The translations under genes and the position numbers were made by a program. DNA of 64,000 bases. Source: Eledone cirrhosa. Taxonomy: Eukaryota. The notes beneath the pieces were generated by a model. It saw only the letters and a list, made by a program, of their open reading frames with translations, searched no databases and had not been told where the DNA came from. The first letter of the stretch is position 1. Every line of letters starts with the position of its first letter. The DNA lies in assembly GCA_964016885.1 (NCBI GenBank), contig OZ024741.1, positions 169,694,001 to 169,758,000 on the forward strand, read 5' to 3'. Of the stretch, positions 55,275 through 64,000 are shown piece after piece.

Positions 55275-56089
55275 TCTCTATATATAAAACTGTGGTTGTC
55301 TGTCTGTCTATCGATTTTTGGCACACATCTCCTCTTAGAATCTCTCACGGAATTGCACCGAAATTGCTATACTTGTACATTGAGCCCTAGCGAAGACATC
55401 GGAAAAAAAATATTTCAAATTGACCCACCCTATGTGACGAAATCGAATATAATGTATCGATTTTTGAGCGTAAGTTATCAGTTATTTCCCTTTGTTCTGT
55501 TTACATTGAGCGTCTTACGTAAAAAATTACGCTGGCTTTCTCAGCGTTTACAATGACATTAACACAATACACGAACAGTTGTCGAGCCAGCAAAATATTG
55601 ACCTGCAAAATTCATCAGTTCGAACACTAAGCTTCCGTTTTGCTTCATTTCCATTTAAAAGCATTTTAAAACAATATTTTTACTTGAAAACAAGTCTATT
55701 TAAAGACTACGTAAAACAAACAAATATTTCAGGCGTGCAGACAGACAGTCGTGCAGAGAGGTGATATAGGCGTGCAGACAGACATAACTGATAATTTGGT
55801 TACGCTAATGTTTTTCTCTGCGTTGCAGTGTTTACATTTTCGATCTTTGTTAATAAATAACCAGTGCAGTTTTTATCCCCAGCATCCTCTTTTGTTATAA
55901 CGTTCGGGTTATCGTTATGTTTTCTTAACTTCATAAGGCATATTGTTGGTTGAGGGAATATTAATCAAAAACACCACATGCAAGTCTGCACAGTAGACAC
56001 TACAGTTTTTAAGCCAAAAAAGAAACTTAACATTGTAACTTTAACACAGCTACTGAGCGACCTCGAGCAACGCCGGGCTTTACTGCTAG
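55275..56089 (+). mobile_element. Non-autonomous Helitron (family 1), second copy
   Basis: Near-identical to the reverse complement of 43297-44232. Has a TC start and a hairpin-CTAG end, and is inserted in (TA)n. Confidence 0.9.
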
Positions 56090-56169
56090 TATATATATAT
56101 ATATATAATATATATATATAATATATATATATATAATATATATATATATAATATATATATATAATATAT

Positions 56170-56214
<45 letters not shown>

Positions 56215-56265
56215 TATATAATATATATATATATAATATATATATATATAATATATATATATAAT

Positions 56266-56312
<47 letters not shown>

Positions 56313-56323
56313 TATATAATATA

Positions 56324-56697
56324 TACAATATTAAATAAATGGAAAACTATATTTATAAAACCATATTTATTTCATTATATATATTTCGGGGATATCATAT
56401 TAACAATATGCTATGCCTTCATCAGACAAAATACAATATAAACAGTTTTATAGATAAATATATTCGACATACCGTAATAAACATCAACTTCATTTGAAGA
56501 GGTTTACGCTAGCGTAAACCTCTTCAAATGAAGTTGATGTTTATTACGGTATGTCGAATATATTTATCTATAAAACTGTTTATATTGTATTTTGTCTGAT
56601 GAAGGCATAGCATATTGTTAATATGATATCCCCGAAATATATATAATGAAATAAATATGGTTTTATAAATATAGTTTTCCATTTATTTAATATTGTA
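56324..56697. repeat. Perfect spacer-less palindrome (2 x 187 bp), PLE-derived
   Basis: The centre GTTTACGCT|AGCGTAAAC lies at 56510/56511. Each arm carries a hammerhead. Confidence 0.9.
56588..56653 (+). ncRNA. Type I hammerhead ribozyme (mirror copy on the minus strand at 56368-56433)
   Basis: TATTTTGT-CTGATGA-AGGCATAGCATATT(GTT)AATATGATATCCCC-GAAATATATATA|ATGAAATA. Confidence 0.7.
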
Positions 56698-56870
56698 AAT
56701 ATACTCCAAATATTTGTCGAGTGCTTTTATATCAGTTATAAATATTTACTAGTTGTAACCCAACAATTTTAAATATAACTTTACATGTATATAATATATA
56801 TATATATATAATATATATATATAATATATATATATATATATTATATATATATATATAATATATATATAAT

Positions 56871-56956
<86 letters not shown>

Positions 56957-56966
56957 TATATAATAT

Positions 56967-57052
<86 letters not shown>

Positions 57053-57132
57053 GTAAACAGAAATAACAACACAATCGGTACAGTATATGGAAGGGATATA
57101 TTAGGTTAACGCTTGATATAGCAGGAAGAGGG

Positions 57133-57168
57133 TCTTAATGTTTCGGACGCTAGTCCTTCATCAGAAGA
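57133..57168 (-). ncRNA. Minimal hammerhead ribozyme in a PLE pLTR fragment (57048-57170)
   Basis: TCTT-CTGATGA-A-GGAC(TAGC)GTCC-GAA-ACAT-T|AAGA. ACAT is probably a CpG-decayed ACGT palindrome. Confidence 0.7.
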
Positions 57169-57174
57169 TAGATT

Positions 57175-57570
57175 GAGGGGACGGGCGGATTGGAATTGGA
57201 AAAAATGTCTTTAGATAAAAATAACAGGTCCATTTATGCTGAAAGTTAAAATTTTGCTGCTCCCACAACGAAAAATAGGTGTCTACCCTATATCTGAGCT
57301 CTGTCCCCAGCTTTGCAAGTTGCCATCCCAATTATATTTATTGTCACCTATCCTTATAATACCAAGAATAAGTCTGAACAAGTTTTTAATTTAAGAGAAA
57401 ATTATATAAGAGATAACAAATTTTTATCTGAAAAAATGACTTTCCGGACGAAAACTTCAAATTTTCACGGTCGATGAGGACCGCCTTGCAGTTGTCCGGT
57501 TGAGCTAAAGTTTTTCATAGATTTGTTTTTTGTTAATGGAACAAAATGGTGGGGTGGGAGCTAAACTTGA
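57175..57570. mobile_element. Non-autonomous relative of the transposon at 53920
   Basis: Shares the GCTGCTCCCA subterminal motif and has its inverted remnant GTGGGAGC at about 57555. Confidence 0.45.
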
Positions 57571-57729
57571 AGAAAGTCGCCAACCAATAAACATAATGAA
57601 GGAGTAATTATTCGTCATTGTATTATTATACTACACTCTGTCTAGCTATACACCTCGATACTAACGTGAACCTAAACATCGTGTGATCACCCGGATGAAC
57701 TTACAGTAACTCCGCGTTACACTGCCTGG

Positions 57730-57829
<100 letters not shown>

Positions 57830-57879
57830 TTAGATAGGAATCGAAGTTATAGCCGCAATATAGTAGGTACTAATCGCAA

Positions 57880-58390
57880 ATGGTCTAATAAAATTCTGTG
57901 AACTGTATTGTTATTGAATCCCGTTTCTTCTGCAACCATTCTAACAATTAATCGGTGATCTTTAACCATTATAGCTCGCACCACTTCCACATTTTGATCA
58001 TTTGGTGACAATATTGGCCTTCCAGAATGTGGTTCATATTCAACGTTTACGTGGGCCTCTTTGAAAGCTTTGTGTTGCTTAAAAACCTTACTTGTCAATA
58101 GAGTGGCATCTCCATAATATTGTGTTATAGAATGAAATGTTTCGGTGGCAGATTTGTTGAGTTTCACACAAAATTTGATCGCACTCCGTTGTTCAATATT
58201 TTGCTGCATCGCAAACTTAGCGAAAGTTATAAACACGTCTGTACATAAACAGCAATAGCTCACGACTGGCTCAATCGATCATGTTCAAATAAGTATGTAC
58301 GTGTAGCCAAGGTTATAAACAACAAGCATATATACATCAACGATATCGTACATACAAAAAACAGTTCCCTTAATTTTGGACATATCTCGT
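57880..58390 (-). mobile_element. Mariner transposon 5' fragment (N-terminal HTH domains)
   Basis: EQRSAIKFCVKLNKSATET...YGD...FKE....EPHSGRP...DHRL.VR.VAEE...TVHRIL..HL. The TIR-like end ACGAGATATGTCCAAAATTAAGGGAAC is at 58390. Confidence 0.9.
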
Positions 58391-58418
58391 TAATATCATT
58401 TGTGCAATATTATCTATA

Positions 58419-58712
58419 GGCGGTGGTGGATTGGCAGTATCGGTAGAGAGTCGGACGCCATGTTTTCCAGCATAGTTACGTCCCTTTACGGTCTGAGTTC
58501 AAATCCCGCCGAGGTTTACTTTGCCTTTCATCCTTACGGGGTCGATAAAATAAAGTATCAGTAATGCACTGGGTAATTGCTGTCCTTGTGCCTAAAGTAG
58601 AAACAATTATCTATAGGCGGTGGATTGGCAGAATTGGTAGAGGGTCGGACGTCATGCTTTGCAACATAGAGTTACGGCCCTTTACGATCTGAGTTCAAAT
58701 CCCTCCGAGCTT
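58419..58712 (+). mobile_element. Head-to-tail SINE pair (a full copy and a 3'-truncated copy)
   Basis: ATTATCTATAGGCGGTGG precedes both copies. The second copy is cut at 58712, where the 55-bp array starts. Confidence 0.9.
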
Positions 58713-58714
58713 AA

Positions 58715-59973
58715 TATATATATAAAGCATTCCATTCGAGTTATCTGAGCTGAAGCCATATCCATGCTTTATATATATAAAGCATTCCATTCGAGTTATC
58801 TGAGCTGAAGCCATATCCATGCTTTATATATATAAAGCATTCCATTCGAGTTATCTGAGTTGAAGCCATATCCATGCTTTATATATATAAAGCATTCCAT
58901 TCGAGTTATCTGAGCTGAAGCCATATCCATGCTTTATATATATAAAGCATTCCATTCGAGTTATCTGAGCTGAAGCCATATCCATGCTTTATATATATAA
59001 AGCATTCCATTCGAGTTATCTGAGCTGAAGCCATATCCATGCTTTATATATATAAAGCATTCCATTCGAGTTATCTGAGCTGAAGCCATATCCATGCTTT
59101 ATATATATAAAGCATTCCATTCGAGTTATCTGAGCTGAAGCCATATCCATGCTTTATATATATAAAGCATTCCATTCGAGTTATCTGAGCTGAAACCATA
59201 TCCATGCTTTATATATATAAAGCATTCCATTCGAGTTATCTGAGCTGAAGCCATATCCATGCTTTATATATATAAAGCATTCCATTCGAGTTATCTGAGC
59301 TGAAACCATATCCATGCTTTATATATATAAAGCATTCCATTCGAGTTATCTGAGCTGAAACCATATCCATGCTTTATATATATAAAGCATTCCATTCGAG
59401 TTATCTGAGCTGAAACCATATCCATGCTTTATATATATAAAGCATTCCATTCGAGTTATCTGAGCTGAAGCCATATCCATGCTTTATATATATAAAGCAT
59501 TCCATTCGAGTTATCTGAGCTGAAGCCATATCCATGCTTTATATATATAAAGCATTCCATTCGAGTTATCTGAGCTGAAGCCATATCCATGCTTTATATA
59601 TATAAAGCATTCCATTCGAGTTATCTGAGCTGAAGCCATATCCATGCTTTATATATATAAAGCATTCCATTCGAGTTATCTGAGCTGAAACCATATCCAT
59701 GCTTTATATATATAAAGCATTCCATTCGAGTTATCTGAGCTGAAACCATATCCATGCTTTATATATATAAAGCATTCCATTCGAGTTATCTGAGCTGAAA
59801 CCATATCCATGCTTTATATATATAAAGCATTCCATTCGAGTTATCTGAGCTGAAGCCATATCCATGCTTTATATATATAAAGCATTCCATTCGAGTTATC
59901 TGAGCTGAAGCCATATCCATGCTTTATATATATAAAGCATTCCATTCGAGTTATCTGAGCTGAATCCATATCC
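58715..59973. repeat. 55-bp tandem repeat, about 23 copies
   Basis: Unit ATATATATAAAGCATTCCATTCGAGTTATCTGAGCTGAARCCATATCCATGCTTT. Confidence 0.97.
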
Positions 59974-60835
59974 ACAATTACATGTCTATACGTGTAACAC
60001 ACATATACTTAGAGTAACCAAACACACTCACACACTCTTGTACTAAAGAGTGAGGTATACACATTACACTAATGAAATGCACATACTTTAGTTAGTGACA
60101 GGCCTGAATTCTGTGAAGAAAAAAATCTTCATAAATGTACGACATACATATATGCTTACATACATGCATACATACATGCATACATACATACGCACATACA
60201 TACATACATACATATATACATGTATACATACATGCATGCATACATACGCACACATACATACATATATGATTACACACATACATGCATACATACATGCATA
60301 CATACATGCATACATACATGCGCACATACAGACATACATATATACATCTATACATACATGCATGCATACATACGCACACATACATACATATATACATGTA
60401 TACATACATGCATGCATACATACGCACACATACATACATATATGATTACACACATACATGCATACATACATACATACATACATACATACATACATACATA
60501 CATACATACAAACTTACATACATACATACATACATATATATACATGTATGCATACTTACAAACTTACATACTCGACATGAATACATGCTTACATACATGC
60601 TTACATACATACATACATACGCACATACATACATACATGCTTACGTACACACAAACATATGTACAAACATACATACATACATACAAAGCTACATACATAG
60701 ATACATATATTCATTATCTATCCCTTCACATATCCATACATCTATCCATATATATACAAATATACGTACACATATAAAAATACATTCATAAGTACAAACA
60801 AAATAATCTATTTCCAAACACGCACACACACACAT

Positions 60836-60925
<90 letters not shown>

Positions 60926-61113
60926 CACAAACACACAAACATACATTCATTACACATACACGCATACATATGTGTGCATGTGTACATTATCTACAGTTTA
61001 CATTGTCATTATGTGTCAACCATTTAAATACAATTACCAAGATTGAAAATTACACCTTTCACTAACACAGACACACAGATACACACACGCACACACACAC
61101 ACACACACACACG

Positions 61114-61191
<78 letters not shown>

Positions 61192-61417
61192 CACAGACAC
61201 ACTCGTACAGACACCCATATCCTCCATAGAAGCACATATATGGATACAGTTGCTTCCACTGATCCTCACAACCATACACTATGAAGTAATTTATTACTTA
61301 TCGTTAATGAAATTTAAGCTGGTAGAGTGTATTAGAAATACGGCTGCCATTACATTATGGTTACTTGTATTACACCGTTGCTGCTACTGTTGTTGTTGTT
61401 GTTGTTACTGTTGTTAC

Positions 61418-61463
<46 letters not shown>

Positions 61464-61748
61464 CTTCTTCTTCTTCTTCTTCTTCTTCTTCTTCTTCTTC
61501 TTCTTCTTCTTCTTCTTCTTCTTCTTCTTCTTCTTCTTCTTCTCCCCCCCCCCTCCTCCTCCGTCTTCTTCTTCTTCTTCTTCTTCTTCTTCTTCCCTTT
61601 GCTGTTTTCGTGTTGCTCATATTTTAAATGTGATTATTATTAGCAATTTTAAATATGTAGAAACAAAACAGGAGCTTACATATTTGGTAAATATATATAT
61701 ATATATATATATATACACGCAGGGGACAGAGAGTTTGAGATAGATAGA

Positions 61749-61784
<36 letters not shown>

Positions 61785-61789
61785 TAGAG

Positions 61790-61831
<42 letters not shown>

Positions 61832-62177
61832 GTAGGTAGTTAGATAGGTAGATAGGTAGATAGAGAGAAATTGATAGAGATAAATATATATATATATTGA
61901 GAGAGAGAGAGAGAGCGTGAAAGAGAGAGCGAGAGAGATAGAGATAGAGAGAGGGAGAGATAGAGAGAGGGAGAGAGAGAGGGGGAGAGAGAGAGAGGGG
62001 GAGAGAGAGAGAATGTAAGTTCTAGAGATTCGGGAATATGAGTACAAGTTTAATATGTGCATGTATATATATATGTTGATCTATGTATATATACATATTG
62101 TACAAATATGCACATATCTAATTATGTGCATATTTGTACATATATATATGAGGAGTTACTTGCATTCATTTTAGGCA

Positions 62178-62420
62178 TGTACATATTTCCTTAATATAGG
62201 TGTACATGTGTGTGTGTGTGTTGTATGTGTATTTATATTGTACATATTTCCTTAATATAGGTGTACATGTGTGTGTGTGTGTTGTATGTGTATTTATATT
62301 GTACATATTTCCTTAATATAGGTGTACATGTGTGTGTGTGTGTTGTATGTGTATTTATATTGTACATATTTCCTTAATATAGGTGTACATGTGTGTGTGT
62401 GTTGTATGTGTATTTATATT
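62178..62420. repeat. 61-bp tandem repeat, 4 copies
   Basis: TGTACATATTTCCTTAATATAGG at 62178, 62239, 62300 and 62361. Confidence 0.9.
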
Positions 62421-62647
62421 TAGGTGTTATTTTGTTAACAATTGTTGGACAATAGCATCACTGGTGATAGATTTAGAGCGAACCAATCATCGTTCGATTG
62501 CTTTTATGATGAAGAGAGTGTCAAATGTGCGTCTGTGCAATTCAATAACGAACAAGTACTATTCCATCTAATTTTCTTACAAATGTGTATATCCTTCGCT
62601 GATACATATAAACGAAAGACATATCCATCACGCAGTATATGGGTATA

Positions 62648-62834
62648 CAGTGAAATTCTGTTATAACGAAATTTATGGGGTATAAAAAAAATTCGTTGTA
62701 ACAAAAATTTCTTTATAACGAGATTGACCGAAACACATCGAGTGTTTGTTTGTTATTACCTCGGGGATTGAAAAATATTTCGTTATACTGAAAAATTCGT
62801 TATAATGTTATTCGCTATAACGGATCTTTACCTG
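62648..62834. mobile_element. Tigger/pogo-like MITE
   Basis: TA|CAGTGAAATTCTGTTATAACGAA ... TTCGCTATAACGGATCTTTACCTG|TA, with internal CGTTATAAC repeats. Confidence 0.8.
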
Positions 62835-63094
62835 TATACTATAAATACAAACTGTGTGCAGAACAAATATATACAATACTATTTTGAAGTTCAGAATAGT
62901 ATTTTTAGAAGATTTTTTTTTGTAGCTAGAAGTGTAAGCAAAGCGGTTGACTTAGGAAGCATTGGGAACATTTGATGGTTTGTACCTGTTATTAAAAAGA
63001 CCAGCCCTGTCGCTTCCTCCCCGTGTCATGTTGATTCTGACTGATGATCATATTAAATTTTTTCGTTGCTCTGGATTATTCAGTCTCTCTCTTC

Positions 63095-63507
63095 TGTCGT
63101 CATCGTATCGGTGTTTGACGAACCATGACGTTCCACGCTGTTCGATCTCGGGCGAGATCCCATGCTTCTGCGACTTTGATGTTGAAATTGTCATAAAAGG
63201 ACCTCCCTTGACGACCTCTGGCATGCTTCCCAGGTATTTTTCCTCTAATGGAAAGGTCTTCCAGCATGCCTTTCCTGATGGTAACACCTAGGAACATTAG
63301 TTGTCTCCTTTTAATAGTGAGGAGTATCTCACGTTCCATCCTCACTCTCTTCAAAACCTCTTCATTATTTATTCAATTGACATATGAGATCCTGAATATT
63401 CTGTGATAGAAATACATCTTGGTAGACTCTAGGTATCTCCGTGTCTGATTCGTGAAAGTCCACGATTTACAGCGATAAAGAAGCTTTGACCAGACAAATG
63501 TCTTCAG
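63095..63507 (-). mobile_element. Degraded RTE-like LINE 3' fragment
   Basis: KTFVWSKLLYRCKSWT...RIFRISY...NEEVLKR...IKRRQLMFLG...GKIPGKHARGRQ...ARDRTAW. Confidence 0.85.
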
Positions 63508-63968
63508 TCACTGAGAGGCTAATTCAATGATAGCTGCTGTGGTATTTTTGTGTGACAGACTTAAACACTGCCGCCTGGTATCTGAGTACAAGCATTCGGG
63601 CCAGAACATCGGTTAAAGAATTTTTTTCTTTTATTCTCTCACATGAGGACTCAAAAGGAATTCATGGGCACTGCACTTCCCTCATTGCTTAAGGAGTTAA
63701 AAGAAAAACGAAAACCGAACCGTCCATGTTAGTAATGGTTGTTCAGCGCCCTACTATGATAAAACCTGGTGTGGCTCCCTAAAGGAAACACCGTTAATAC
63801 AGGCATTAACTGAAAATTAACAATTGCCAAGATGACAGCTTTTCACTAGGTTATTACAATGCCATTACTGCCTCTCACAATCTCTACCCATTGTATAATC
63901 TATGGTCTTTTATATAATAGTTTTAGAAATACTTAAACGCTTAAGAGATAGTATACTACACGCTTTAA

Positions 63969-64000
<32 letters not shown>

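Overview
This is an AT-rich animal genomic window made almost entirely of repeats. I infer a cephalopod (octopus-like) source from the tRNA-derived SINE families and the extreme (TA)n/(CA)n content. I found no supportable host protein-coding gene. Nearly all listed ORFs are microsatellite artefacts. Real coding remnants are all transposon-derived: a stop-free, 5'-truncated RTE LINE ORF with a PHD-type finger inside the RT (50268-53066), and a Penelope-like (Naiad-type) RT fragment at the window start that the ORF track missed. There are also fragments of CRE, R4/Dong, Tx1-like and RTE LINEs, and of Tc1/mariner and hAT-type transposases. Non-autonomous elements include about 14 Meta-domain-like SINEs, CORE-like SINEs, three Helitrons, and hAT and Tigger MITEs. 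Tandem arrays have 9-, 26-, 37-, 55-, 61-, 74- and 183-bp units; the 9-bp array spans 9.8 kb with a ~3-kb higher-order repeat. The most notable signal is a set of short, non-coding fold-back elements sitting in (TA)n tracts. They carry type I hammerhead ribozyme motifs, with 7 loci and about 10 motif copies. In one three-copy family the fold-back points coincide with the ribozyme's own stems.
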